This document shows, in pieces, positions 12,698 to 26,252 of a stretch of 64,000 nt of DNA. Made by a program: the position numbers and the translations under genes. The notes under the pieces were generated by a model, which saw only the letters and a program-made list of their open reading frames with translations, did not search any database and had not been told where the DNA came from. This stretch comes from Octopus vulgaris. Taxonomy: Eukaryota. The DNA lies in the NCBI GenBank assembly GCA_951406725.2, contig OX597815.1, positions 75,020,001 through 75,084,000 on the forward strand, written 5' to 3'. The stretch's first letter is position 1; every line of letters begins with the position of its first letter.

Positions 12698-13941
12698 CAG
12701 GATGCGTAAGATATCTGAGGACAAATTTATGTTTATATAAAAAAACAGATAAATAATAACTGATAACTTCATTTATCAGAAAATGAGGATAAAAATAAAC
12801 CTTCTTTTCTATAATGTTATTCAATAAAGCCACCTTCAGCAACAACTATTTCTATATGAAATCTAAATCATCTACAAGCTTGAATCAAGTTGTCCTGGTT
12901 CATTTTAGACATTTCTCTGACTATGGCAGCTTTCAAAGCATCTTTGGTATTATGGATGTGTTCATTGACCTCTCTCTTAACAATGCTCCACATGTAATAG
13001 TCCAATGAACTGAGATCTGGGGAATAAGGAGGCCAAATGTTAGGGGTTATGAAATCATGAAAGTTTTCAACTATCCATTCTTGTATTACTGGAGCCATGT
13101 GCGATAGTGCAGAATCTTACTGAAACACATATGGCCTTCCATTGCATATACTGTCTTTCCAGGGCTTAACAATTATTTCCAGGACCTAGTGTAGGTGGCA
13201 GAGTTAACTCTAAGGCCTTCTGTAAAGAAGTAACAAGGCATCACATGTTCTTTATTGCTGACAAGCCCTAAAACCATGACAGTTTCAGGAAATGTTGTAT
13301 GCATAACACTTGGAACTTCAGAAGTGTCTGCACATAACCATCTGTCATTTCTTGTCTTTTCTTTTTGATCTTGGTCGAAGTTTTTCTTGTTTGAGAAAAA
13401 CCAAATCATATCTTGTGCTGGATTTTTCAGCTTGTTTAAGAGTCTTTTAGATCTGATGTTGTGATTTTCTTTTGCTTTTTCGGATAAATTGACTGTTCCT
13501 CATCATGTTAGACTTATATCTGATGTCTTCATGGACAACATTTCTGACTGTTCCTTCTGACATATGGAGATCTTTTACGATTGACCTCATGTACTTTCTG
13601 GGATTGTAATCAATGGTCTGTTGAACTTACTGGATAAATTGAGGTGTTCTGATGATTTTAGAGTGTTTAGAACGCTTTTTATGATTTGATACTGGTGATA
13701 CATTTCCGTCTTGTCTCTAGCTCCTCACAAGCTTTGTAGACGAAAGATCTGGCAACTTAAAAAAATCGAGATATTTCTAAATCGCTATGCTCAGCCTTTA
13801 TAACCACAATAATAGCATGCTTCTTCATTTCTTGAGTAATCTGAGGGTCTGCCATTATTATTTTCTGAAAGATTATACAGAGTTAGCAAAAAATGCAGCA
13901 ATGACCCAAAAAAGGTGTCCTCAAATACCTAACGCACCCTG
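12698..13941 (-). mobile_element. Tc1/mariner DD37D (maT-type) transposon, degenerate
   Basis: ~26-bp TIRs CAGGATGCGTAAGATATCTGAGGACA / TGTCCTCAAATACCTAACGCACCCTG with TA flanks; WFFSNKKNF and WPPYSPDLSSLDY motifs. Confidence 0.9.
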
Positions 13942-13951
13942 TATATGTATA

Positions 13952-13990
<39 letters not shown>

Positions 13991-14387
13991 AGAGAATTCA
14001 CAAAAAAAACGAAAGATGAAGACAGGTGGTGTAGGTAACAAACATGTGTTAGTTTAACACTCGGGAAGTGAAAAAGTCTTTAACGTTTCGAGCCTACACT
14101 CTTCCACAAAGAGAAACATGGAGAGAAAATAAATATATATAAATTAGAAGAGGTACACTAAGGGTAGATGAAAGAGGCTAAATTGGTTTAGCTGGATGAG
14201 CCAAAGTCAAGCACAAAACAAGTTCAATATGTTCTGGGATTGTCAGAGACCGGCTTCATTTTTTTTCTAAAATTGAATAAAATAATGATGTATGTACTTG
14301 TTCATGATGAACGAAATGAATAATAGTAATATAAATAAAATGTCAAATGTTTTGGTGCGTGACTTTTGGCCACACTACGTATGTATG

Positions 14388-14433
<46 letters not shown>

Positions 14434-15477
14434 TATATTGAGAAAAAGGAGGCAGTCAGAATTTTTGGATAATTCTTTATTAGTGCTTTTGTTCATTTAT
14501 TGAACTCATCAAGACACACTCACTAACAATTTGACTCAGATCCATATGACTTAAAGTTTAGTCTATTGTCTCCAATCCATTACTCTTATGATTTCTATTG
14601 AGATGGGTTTGTCTTACACACACCCAAGAAACTATGAATCAAAAAGAACTGAGTCAAACTTTTATTAAAAATATATACAACTTTTAGAAAGTTACTTTTG
14701 TTTGTTCATTCACTCATAGGTGTGTGTTGTTACTCCTTGTCTTGATATTATATAATAGTTACAATCAAATATCACCATTATACAATAGTGTCTCATGCTT
14801 CCAGTCTTTCATGTAAACATATCCAGCCATAGGGAAATATTACCTTGATTAGAAACAGGTGATGGTGACAGGAGGGGCATTTAGCTGCAGAAAATCTGCC
14901 TTAATGAATTTTGTCTGACCCGTACAAACAAGGAAAAGTGGACTTTAAATCAATGATGAAATAAGGAGATGAAACTTCTGTTGTTGGTTGGTCTGTCCTT
15001 CATTATCAGGGATTTTAGGTGTTCTGTGTTGTGGGTTACAGCATTGTTGCTTTGTGAGGTTATTACCCTTGAAGAGTCTTAGCAAGAGATATTAAGACCT
15101 ACTATGTGGAGGTAAACTGCTCACAAATCTCTATCCATAAAAGGTCTGGACATTTGTATAAGAGCAAAGTGGTGACAACGAGAGGGAATTAGAGAACAAT
15201 GAACTTGCAATAACGTTCTACCAATCATTCTTGTTGCCACATATATGCTTAACATCAAAAATTTTCCACAAATTAATATACATCAGAACAAAGCTTCTCC
15301 ATGGCAAAAAAAAAAGAAAGAATCCTGTAGGTTTATTTTATTTTAAAGTAATTATAGGTAAATAGTACAAGCTTTGTTGCATTTGTAGTATAATGATGAG
15401 GCTAGGTTTTGTTTTATAAAAGTTATTACTTTGATATAAAACTTATAGCAATGATTTGAAATTCACTTCTGTAATAA

Positions 15478-15765
<288 letters not shown>

Positions 15766-15849
15766 TGACATTTTGGGCAACCAATCCCTGTAAGTGAAAT
15801 TAGTAGATAGAAACTAAGAGGTCTATTATGTATCTGTGTGTGTGTATGT

Positions 15850-16430
15850 GTGTGTGCAGAGTAGGACAGCCTAGTCACTTGTATCAGGTGGTACAAGAAG
15901 ATATCATACCTAATGATTGGTGTTGCAGCATTATAGGCAGCTACAACTTGGGTAAAGATGTTTTTAATAGAGGCAATTACAAGAGGTATCAAATTGTTGA
16001 ACCAGGTCATGAAAGTTGGAGAGAGAGAGAGAGAGAGAGAGGAGTTCAACTGATTAAGAACAGAAATAAAATTGATGAGATGCAGTTTGGCTTTGTGCTA
16101 GGAAGGAGTACTGCAGATACTATCTTCATAGTTAGGCAACTGCAGGAGAAATATCTAGCTATAAATAAACGATTATACTACACATTCATCAACAAAGTTG
16201 CTTGTTGTGTTATCTGGTGATCTCTGAAGAAGTTAAGGCATACATAAGTGGCTTGTTACAGTCTCACAAGCCTTGTATAAAGGTGCTGTCAGTAGAATGA
16301 GAGTCAGCCATGAGTACAAAAATGAATTTAGTGTACAAGTAGGAGTTCACTAGGGCTGGATTCTGTCACCTATTCATCAGTGTTTTCCTTGCCATAATAG
16401 AGGAATTTAAGACTGGCTGCCCATAGGAAC
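15850..16430 (+). mobile_element. RTE-clade LINE RT fragment
   Basis: IPNDW...DEMQFGFVLGRSTADTIFIVRQLQEKYLA, homologous to 36311-36765. Confidence 0.8.
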
Positions 16431-16454
16431 TATCAGATGATGATGATGATGACC

Positions 16455-17215
16455 TGTCAGTGTTGAAGTACCTCAGGGTAAACAATATTCATTGTGTAAT
16501 TTTTTGTTGGTGTTGAAATGAATAAATTGCTGCTGCTTCCAAGTCGTGAGGAAGCAACATGGAATTGGCTGTGGGAGAAGCATGTAGCAGAGAGATCAAG
16601 TTGAACTACCTTGAGGGATTGACCGTGAGAATTGTTAATTGAAAAATCAAAACTTAGTTTGACTGGAAAGTGAAGCATCTAAAATTCAAATGGAAAATCT
16701 GTAGGTATGAGAGGAATTTTTGGAATAAAGACATTTTCTCCTTTGTGACTACCTGTTATAATTGTTGCCTGGACATGGAGAGCATCTTAGAGATGAACAT
16801 AATTTTTAGCTCTTAACGTTTTTTGATTGTTACGAATGTAGAGGAGATGCTCACTCTCAACTTTAGCATGCATATCAACCAGGTATTGCTGAAAGAAATC
16901 ACGATACATGTGTAATTGATTTGATTGTTGTAGTATTAACATCAGTTGGTTAGAATAGAAGACATTTGATGACACCTTTGTTTGTAATTTTAATTGGCTC
17001 TCCTATTGAAGGTTCGATCTGTGGAGTATTGAAACGATACCCATCTTCTCCATTCCACAAAATAAGAGGATACTGGAGAGCATCATAAGAGGGATGAGTC
17101 TCTGAAACACATTTAAGGTTATCTTGAGCACGAATGAGAATATCATGATTTTCATGGAGATCACCTACCATAAAGATGGCTACTTCATTAGATGTAGGCT
17201 CATTAAGACTGTAAA
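16455..17215 (-). mobile_element. Internally deleted Helitron Rep/helicase remnant
   Basis: HPSYDALQYPL..W.GEDG and FQQYLVDM.AKVE...L.YIR.NQK.LRA..Y (Helitron N-terminal region) fused to GQSLK.V..DL...CFSH.Q..VA.SR (helicase C-terminus). Confidence 0.85.
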
Positions 17216-18357
17216 ATGTCCTTCACTATAGATGTAACAAATGTGGAAACACACACACACTCATACACATATGTATGTGTGTTTAATTGTCTGAAGCCTA
17301 ACGTATAAAAATTATCACACATACTCTGACATATATTCACATACATATACTATGATAGACACACATGGACATACATTCACATACACCTCAGGCCTATTTC
17401 CGTCCCTCTGTGTGTATCTCTTTCTCTTTAGATGTGTGTGAGTTAGTCGTCACAAAAATATATGTATACCCACACACACATATACTTCTCAGTTATCAAC
17501 CTAACGCATGTAACGAATGCATGAACTCTCACACATTCACAGACACATACACATATGTATATGGAAATGTGCATGTGTGTTTGTCTGAGGCCTAACATAT
17601 AAAAATTATCACACTCTTGCACACACACATACACTCACATACATATACTAAGACAGACATACATTTATGTACACCTCAGGCCTATCTCTGTCCTTCTGTA
17701 TGTGTCAGTTACCATAAAAATATATGTATACTGACACACACATCAGCCTAATGTATGTAACAAACGTGCAAGCACACACACACTCATATAGAAAATGTGA
17801 TGTCATGGTGGTGATATAAAATGTTGTTTATGATAGTTGACTTATAGAAAGATTATAATGATAAATTTTTGTAAGGCAAATATGTAAATGAAAATAAAGT
17901 TTCTTTGGTAGTTGAAAGATTATTGAATCTTTTGATACCCCATATGTAAAAAACTGGCAATTAAATATTTGGATGCATAAGGACACACTAATACACATAT
18001 GTATATGTAGATGTGTTCAATTGTCCGTGGCCTAACGCATAAAAATTATCACACAGATATACATTCATGCACACCTCAGACCTATCTCTGTCTCTGTGTG
18101 TGTCACTCTCTCTCTTTATGTGTGTGTGTGTGGCCACAAAAATGAATGTACACTAACACACACATATACCCTCACATACACTCATCACACACATATACTT
18201 CTCAGCCATCAGCCTAACATATGGAATGAACACAAACACACACTCACAGACGCATACATACTTATATAGAAAAATGTAACGTCATTGTAGTATAAAATGT
18301 TGTTTACGATAGTTGACTTAAAAAAAGATTATAATGTTAAATTTTTGTAATGCAAAT

Positions 18358-18922
18358 ATCATCATCATCATCATCATCATCATCATTTAGCGTCCGTTTT
18401 CCATGCTAGCATGGGTTGGACGGTTCAACTGGGGTCTGGGGAGCCCGAAGGCTGCACCAGGCCAGTCAGATCTGGCAGTGTTTCTACAGCTGGATGCCCT
18501 TCCTAACGCCAACCACTCCGAGAGTGTAGTGGGTGATTTTATGTGCCACCAACACAGGTGCCAGTCGAGGCTGGCGAACGGCCACGCTCGGATGGTGTTT
18601 TTATGTGCCACCGACACAGGTGCCAGTCGAGGCTGGCGAACGGCCACACTCGGATGGTGTTTTTATGTGCCACCGACACAGGTGCCAGATAAGGCTGGCA
18701 CCGACACAGGTGCCAGTCGAGGCTGGCGAACGGCCACGCTCGGATGGTGTTTTTATGTGCCACCGACACAGGTGCCAGATGAGGCTGGCGGACGGCCACG
18801 ATCGGACGGTGTTTGTTACGTCCCCAAAGCACGGAGGCCAGTCTATGCGGTACTGGCTACGGCCACGTTCGGATGATTTTCTTGTGTGCCACCGGCGCTG
18901 GTACCACAAAGATACAAATTCC
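18358..18922 (-). mobile_element. Young RTE 3'-tail insertion with an internal ~62-bp minisatellite
   Basis: (CAT)n tail at 18360; TTTTATGTGCCACCGACACAGGTGCCAG... is repeated ~5 times over 18537-18900. Confidence 0.85.
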
Positions 18923-19461
18923 ATGTAAATGAAAATAAAGTTTATTTGGTAGCTGAAAGATTACTGAATCTTTTGATACTCCATATGTCAAAGTTGGCAA
19001 CTAAGTTTACAAATGCATAAGGAACATATGCACACACACATACAAACTTTGTTATATATATAATAATGAATGTGGCTATACACTACATAAAACCAAAAAG
19101 GAAAAATTTAATTGTCACTAGCTGTGACTGAAGGTGCAGGGTAGTACCTACATTGCTAGAAATAAGAGCTAAAAGACCCTTACAATATATCTGATATATA
19201 TATTCACATAGAGAAAGAGATGACAAGCTTTTATCAGTTTACCAAAGCTACTCACAAGGCCCAGGGCTATAGTAGAAGGCACTTGCCCCAAGGTTCCATG
19301 TAGATGGGAAGCAAACATCTCAACCACACAGCTGCACCTGACCATGTCTGCATCCATATATATATATATATTTGTTTTTGTGATTCTCTCAGTATGTAGA
19401 TCTGTGAAAAAAAAAAGTCATTTATACTCATCATATTCTTAATACTTTTTCTCTTTGAAAG

Positions 19462-19527
19462 GCTGCAGAAAAACTCCGCTCACTTCCAGATGCACATTAC
19501 AAATTGGGACAATCAAAAAGTGACTAA
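19462..19527 (+). CDS. GALT: GALT terminal coding exon (AAEKLRSLPDAHYKLGQSKSD*)
   Basis: Polypyrimidine tract plus AG at 19460-61; AAE.LR.LP..HY matches the GalT C-terminus; TAA at 19525-27. Confidence 0.92.
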   Translation, partial: AAEKLRSLPDAHYKLGQSKSD

Positions 19528-19612
19528 TGAATTATTTGGATATCGAACAACAATGAATGCAATTGTATTTTTTCTTCCTTTTTTTTTATAACACTGAATT
19601 GGCTTATATTTT

Positions 19613-19618
19613 AATAAA
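19613..19618 (+). terminator. Probable GALT polyadenylation signal AATAAA
   Basis: First AATAAA ~85 nt after the GALT stop, followed by T-rich sequence. Confidence 0.5.
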
Positions 19619-19969
19619 CATATTTACAAATTGAATTTATTTTTTGGTAATAAATAATTAAAGTATTTAAATATATATTTTCCTAAAAATATTTATGTCT
19701 TAAATATTAATAAATTTTGTTCCAATTGAACTTATACAATTAAAACCCATCCAATTATTTAAATGACTCTATTGTTATCTCTTTGTTTCATTCATTGGAC
19801 TGTGGTCATGCTGGATCACCATCTTAAAACAAATCGATCCCAGTGTTTTTTTTTTCAAGTCCAGTACTTATTCTATTGATCTCTTTTGCTGGGATTTGAA
19901 TAAAAAAAAACAAAGAATCGGAACAAATATACCACAAGGCATATTTCTAATATGATACTCTAAATAATC

Positions 19970-20360
19970 TTTTCTACTAAAGGCACAAGGCCTGAAATTT
20001 TGGTGGGAGGGGACTAGTTGATTACATTAATCTCAGTGTTTTACTTGTACTTAATTTATGGACCATGTTGACCATGGCAAAGTTGACCTTTCAGAATGTG
20101 AAGACAGACAAAATGCTGCTAAGCATTTTGCCCAGTGTGCTAACAATTCTACCAGCTTACCACCTTCAATAATAATAATAATGGTTTCAAATTTTGGCAT
20201 AAGACCAGCAATTTTGGTGTAGGGGTAAGTTGATTAAATTGACCCCAAAAGGATGAAAGGCAAAGTCGACCTTGGCATTATTTGAACTCCAAATGTAAAG
20301 ACGAACAAAATACTGCTAAGCATTTAGCCCAGTAGGCTAATGATTCTGCAAGCTTGCAAC
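19970..20360 (-). mobile_element. Two tandem tRNA-derived SINE copies
   Basis: GGCACAAGGCCTGAAATTTT...AAAGTCGACC...TTTGAACTC family; B-box-like GAGTTCAAAT on -. Confidence 0.65.
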
Positions 20361-21179
20361 CTTTCATGATAATAATAATATTGTTGCCTGTCCATTTGAT
20401 ATAAACGTGGTAGACAAAGAACGTGAGAAAAGCAGATAAATGCCAAGACTTGGAATGTAAACTTGAGTGCATGTAGAACTGCTATAAAGTTATCATTACC
20501 TGAGAATAGTTGCTGCTGCATCATCATCCTCTGTATCTGGTGTCCATTTTCCATGCTGGCATGGGTTAGACGGTTTGACTGGAGCTGGTAAGCCAGAGAC
20601 CTGCACCAGGCTCCAGTTGTCTGTTCTGCATTGGTTTCTATGACTGGATATCCTTCCTAATGCCAACCACTTTACAGAGTGTACTGAGTGTCTTTTATGT
20701 GGCACCAGCATGGGTGCCTTTTACCTATCACCGGTATGTAATATTAATAAAAAATAATTATAATAATAAGAGAGCAAAAAATTTATTTCTTTATACAACA
20801 GTCTTTTTCTGGTAATGTTTTTAGGATGTTGATTTATTTAACCAATACTTCAATTATCACAGCCATTGATTCTGCTCCATATGATATATAATTACATACA
20901 AAAGCATTCAATTTATTCCTATGAAAATAACTGTATTGGTTGTATACATTTATATATATATATATATAAATTTGAAAGATTAAAAAAGGAAAGGTGATTG
21001 GTTGTGCCATTTTTATGCACTGATCATCAAAGAAAAATGTTAATTGGTTGTTATTATAGACAGGCACAAAAGAGCAGTTTGAAGATTGTGTTTTCTTTGC
21101 CTTTCATATCAGAAAGGTGATTTAATTGATGTGTAAGTGAAAACCACCATCTTCCTGCAGTCCACAACAGTATCTTGTC

Positions 21180-21203
21180 TTAATTTTGTTTACTCTTTAA
21201 GCC
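21180..21203 (-). CDS. SMN: SMN terminal coding exon (GLKSKQN*)
   Basis: TCTTCAG acceptor, then GGC TTA AAG AGT AAA CAA AAT TAA; completes YYQ|G as in other SMNs; AATAAA signals on - near 20782-20838. Confidence 0.8.
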   Translation of the reverse strand, partial: GLKSKQN

Positions 21204-24200
21204 CTGAAGATAGAAAACAAATACATAGATATGTAAATAAAGATAAAACAATATTCTTTTAAATAACAATTTTTTAGAATTTAAAATGAATTTGTGCTTC
21301 ATGAATAAAAAATACTTTTATTTTCTGGTTGAAGCTTATTCAATATAAAAGGTGTCTGCTGTTGTTACAAATACAGTCTGTCACCCATCATCATCATTAA
21401 CATTTGCTTTCTATGCTGGCATGAGTTGGATGATTTGACATGGAGCAGGCCAGCTGGGAGCTGTCCAGACCAGTTGTCTGTTGTGACATGGTTTCTATGG
21501 ATAGATGCCCTTCCTAACGCCGACCACTTAACAGAGTGTGGTAAGTGCTTTTTATGTGCCACCAGCACGGGTGCTTTTACACGGCACCAGCACAGGTGCT
21601 TTTTATGTGGCACCAGTACCTGAAAGGACAAGTCTGTATGTGTGGAAGACAGCAATTTTACTTAGCTATCCTTATATTTAATTTTTAAATATTCAGTGTT
21701 GTGACATTCAAGGTTATGATCCAAACTGTGTCACAGTATACCTGTGAGGTAGTTGAAAACAGCATTAACAATGAGGTCTCAATTCTTGCTTGAACTATTT
21801 TACTAACTTACTACTTGTAACTTTCTCTGTGAACAAGTTCACATTTCTTTTGAATTTAAACAATGCAACAATTCATGATTCATAGTATTTCAGTTTCATT
21901 TTCATATTCCATTGATAGCCTCAGCCTTTCACACAAGGGGATTTGTATTAAATGCCTGTTACATGAATAGAGTTGTATAAAATCTTCCAATTAAAAGAAA
22001 AAGTAGAAACTAAATTAATGTAAGTAAATAAAACTATTGTGATGGCTGTAAATGAGCATCATCATATAACCGATGTTGTTTGCTTCCATTCTTCTGCCTG
22101 GCCATGGAGAAATATTACCTATCTTAGAAACAAGGAAAGGTTGGTGATAGTGATAGGAAGGGCATCAAGCTGAAGAAAATCTGCCTCAACAAATTCCATT
22201 TGACCAGTGGTGGTGCCTTTTCAACAATTTTTAAAACATTTTAATTCACATGAACAATAGAAGCTGAATCTTTTTTTTTTTGTTAATTGCAAGGCCTTGG
22301 AAGAAATTTCTGGGTCATTACTTGATTTGACCAACCTCTCATGTTTTTGAACTGTCTACTGATGTCATAACCCTCTCAACACTGGATGATCCTGTGGAGT
22401 TTTATCATTTTCAAATCACACCTACATCAGTCGCTGTAAGTTTCAAACATAACATTGTTACTGAAACATTAAATTACTGAATGGAGAATACAATTACACA
22501 TAACTAATGAAATATTTTGTGTAATATTAAAGAAATGTGTTAAAAATTGTTTGGTATGTCTCATAGCACCTTTTATTTATGTGCTCACTCCTACTAACTT
22601 TAGAACCTGGCTATGCTACTGCAGCCAACCCAGAAGAGCATGAAAAAGTGGACATTAAAATGATTGGTCATTATGTCGAGCAGTCTCATTTGCATTATTT
22701 CCCCTTTCTCAGGTACCAATATTTCTTTTGCTATCAAAACCCTTTCTGTTAAGTTATGAACATCTGTATCACATACCTAGTACACTGCTTGTGCTTATTT
22801 GATCGATGCTATAGGCAATAAAAAGAAACACTTATCACAAATGGAACTTTAATCTAAACATTGAAGTATCACTCCCACTTGCGTTTCCCTTACAAAAGTG
22901 CAAACTCAATCCCTATTGGTTTCACCAGTCTAGAAAAGGTATGAATATTGTCTTTCCCTACACTACAGAAGTAACAACTCTTTGTTGCAAGTGCTGAAAA
23001 TAGTTCAAATATTAAAAAAAAAAATCAATAAAATTTGTTGGAAACATTTCACTATATTTTGATCATTGTCAGTGTCAAAGAGTTTACATTCATTTTTTTA
23101 AAATGAAAATTTAAATATTTTTACCATTCTTACCATGATTTTTACGTCCACTTTAATAAGTTCGATGAGTTAATTTCCACACAGCATTTCTGCATTTGTG
23201 GTCCTTTGCCATCTTTTTATGTGAGCATCCTGAGATCCCCCCACCACTTCTGATGGACTATGTAAATAATCAGCTCATACCCAATCTATTTTGCAGGGTA
23301 TTTCGGCACCTAAGCAACTATTGCATATTGTCAGGCTGCTTTCCTTAATTTCATATCCTTATCAGCCCTTTTTACCATATAGCTGTCAGCCTCAATAATT
23401 AGTCTGTCTGTTGGATCCTCCTGTATTAATTCCTCTTCCTGTACAAATTCTCATTCATATAATTATTTCCATGCCCTCTTTTTTTTCTGTATGAGAGTGT
23501 ATGTGCTGCTGTTATTCTGTCTGCTTTTTAAAATTTTTTAAAAAATTGATTGATCTATTCTGATATATTACCTCACAATCAGAATCACCTCAATCCCTAG
23601 TGACATGGATTATCCCTTGATTTAAATATAATTTGTTTTCTTATATTAACATATTTTTACTTTTACACCCACTGGAAAATGGCTGCTAATGTCAGTTAGT
23701 ACTCATACCTGAAGCATAGTGGCATTGTAATATGAGAGTTGGTGATGGTGGCAAGTCCTTAATCAAAGTTGAGAAGTGTCTTAAACAAAGCTGGGGCACT
23801 AAAAGCTATATTGCTTGAGGGAGAAGGTTTCACATGACAGAGATGAGATTTTCAAAAAAAAAAAAAAGCCAGGAAGCATTCTGTAACACCCATAAAAAGT
23901 GAGAAACTGGTTGTCATACCGATTTATCTTAGCTGAAGTGTGGTAAAAATAAAAGTGGTTAATGGTGCTACCAGAAATAGATGTTGTATGAGTACCATCA
24001 TGAAATACTTGTCTTAGGCTGAATACAGCTGAGTCCTTCCAGAGGGAATGAGAGTGAGAGAAAACGAGAAGAATCAACCCCAGTATTAGACTGATATTTT
24101 ATTTATCGATCCAGAAAGAGTGAAAGTCAAATTTGACTTAGATGGGATTTCAACTCTGACTACAGGGAACCAGAACAAATACAAGATATTTTATCCTTAT

Positions 24201-24577
24201 CCAGCATGTTAAAGTCTTGGCCAACAACATCACCTTAACCCTTTAGTATTCTATCAAATGCAATGCTTATTTATTCATACTGAATTGTTCATGCATTATT
24301 TCGTATCTTTGAGATTTTGGCAAGGCCAGATCTGGCCTGTTTAAATGCTAATGTGAAGATTATTAACTAAAGCATATTGCTGATACTTAATTTTATTAAG
24401 ACCAATAAAAAAGCAAAGTAGATTTGGCAGGATTTAAACCTTAAAACGATTAAAGCACCAAACTAGTAACAACAAAGCATTTGGTTCAGTATAATACTGT
24501 CATAGGCATCCCCACCCCCACCACCTTTGTCTTCTATCATATTTATATTAAAAAAAAACAATAACAGAAACTATTAC

Positions 24578-24700
24578 CTGATAGTATCCTGTGTGGTAAC
24601 CACTCATATACCATGACATTAACATACTACAGAGAGCTTCATTATTATCCATGTCCCAGCTGGCCATTGGAGGAGGTGGTGGAGGGATATTTGGCAAGTT
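24578..24700 (-). CDS. SMN: SMN exon 7, poly-Pro plus YG box (IPPPPPP...[20 protein letters not shown])
   Basis: CAG/GT boundaries; 123 nt; [15 protein letters not shown] is the diagnostic YG-box oligomerisation motif. Confidence 0.97.
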
Positions 24701-26189
24701 CTGGAAAAAAAAACCAAAAAGAATTCTATTAACTTGAAAATATTGTCAAGTTGGTGTACATGAAAAGAAAAAAATTGCGGAATGTTGCTTTGTTACATCA
24801 GTTATTCAATGTTAGCAATGGGTAGGTTAATTTTGTCAGAGAAGTTTCTACCACAAGTTCTATAATTCTGAAGTTGGTAAAGGTGGGGTTGAAAAGCTTC
24901 CCAGCTATGTGGTTTTGAGTTCAGTCCCAATGTGAGGTACTTTGGGGAAGTGTCTTCTACTCTACCCAAAACCTGTGACAGGATTTGGTGGACAGAAACT
25001 GAAAAAAGGTTCTGCATGTGTGTGTGTGTCTTTGTTTGTCTTGACTTCATGTGGTGGTTGTAAATGGGTATCAGCATCATACAAACAATGTTGTTCACTT
25101 CCAGTGTTCCATAGGAAGTATGCCTGACCATGGGAAATATCTTGTTTAGAAACAAATGAGGGTTGGTGACAGGAACAGCATCCAGTTGTAGAAAATCTGC
25201 TTCAGTAAATTCTGTCTTCTTAGCGCTTCTTTATCCCTTGTGATGTCATTGTTTTATTATTGTAGTGATACACGTGTTTTGCATGACAATGTAATGTGAT
25301 CCAAACCTGGTGGTTATGAGATGAAAGCTATTTAACATGCAACTGCAGCTTTATGGTGATTACTTTGGTTATTAAGGCCAACAAAAGAAAGGGGCTATGC
25401 ATGACTACTTGTTTTACTTCCCCAAACTTTTGCCCTGGGGTTACATCAATGGGCTTCAATGAGGTAACAAGGCCCTCTGTTCAAGATAAGAAATACATTC
25501 TATTTAGCAATAATAGTTTCTTCTGTTTGTGACTTACCATATATTACAATAGATTTTGTTCAGAGAACCAGTGTTTCTGAACCTTCATTCACCTAACTTT
25601 TGTAATGGCCCTCCTTTTGAATTCTAATACTCCCCATTTCATTCTTCTTTTGGTCGCCTCTTCTCCCTCTTTTCCCAACTTCTGGGCACATAATCTACTT
25701 GTCAAAGTGTTCACATTTGTCTATGAAACAAACTTTTGAGTTAAGATAACCAGGGGCTTGAAATGATTGCCACATTGAAATGTGACAAAAGTACTATACT
25801 ACCAATTTCATCATCATCATCAACAACAACAATGACATTTAACATCCATGTTCCATGTTGGCATGAGTTGGATGATTTGACAGGATCTGATGAGTCTGAA
25901 GACTGCATTGTGCACCAGTGTCTCGTTTTGTAGGGTTTCCATGGCTGGATGTCTTTGCTAATGCAGACCACTTTATAGCATGTACTAGGTGTTTGTTTTT
26001 GTGCCACCAGTACTTGTGCTACCAGTACAGGTTGTACTTTCTCATAAGAAGATATGAATGTTAGAGCTTCCACTTTCTCCATTTTAAATTTCATGAGTTT
26101 CAGCTTTTAGAATACAACAATATCTGCAACTATTCCCAGTAAACCGAATTAGTTATGGGCAACACATAGAACAAACTGGCATAACTTAC

Positions 26190-26252
26190 CATGTGTCTGT
26201 GTGGAGAAGGCATTCCTGCCCAAGGTGGTGCATACATTCCAGCAAAAGGGTT
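26190..26252 (-). CDS. SMN: SMN exon 6 (NPFAGMYAPPWAGMPSPHRHM)
   Basis: TTTCAG acceptor and GTAAGT donor; 63 nt, phase 0, proline-rich. Confidence 0.78.

Noticed and set aside
18387-18928. Overlapping Cys/His/Trp-rich repetitive ORFs
   Set aside because: They come from the ~62-bp minisatellite in an RTE 3' UTR.
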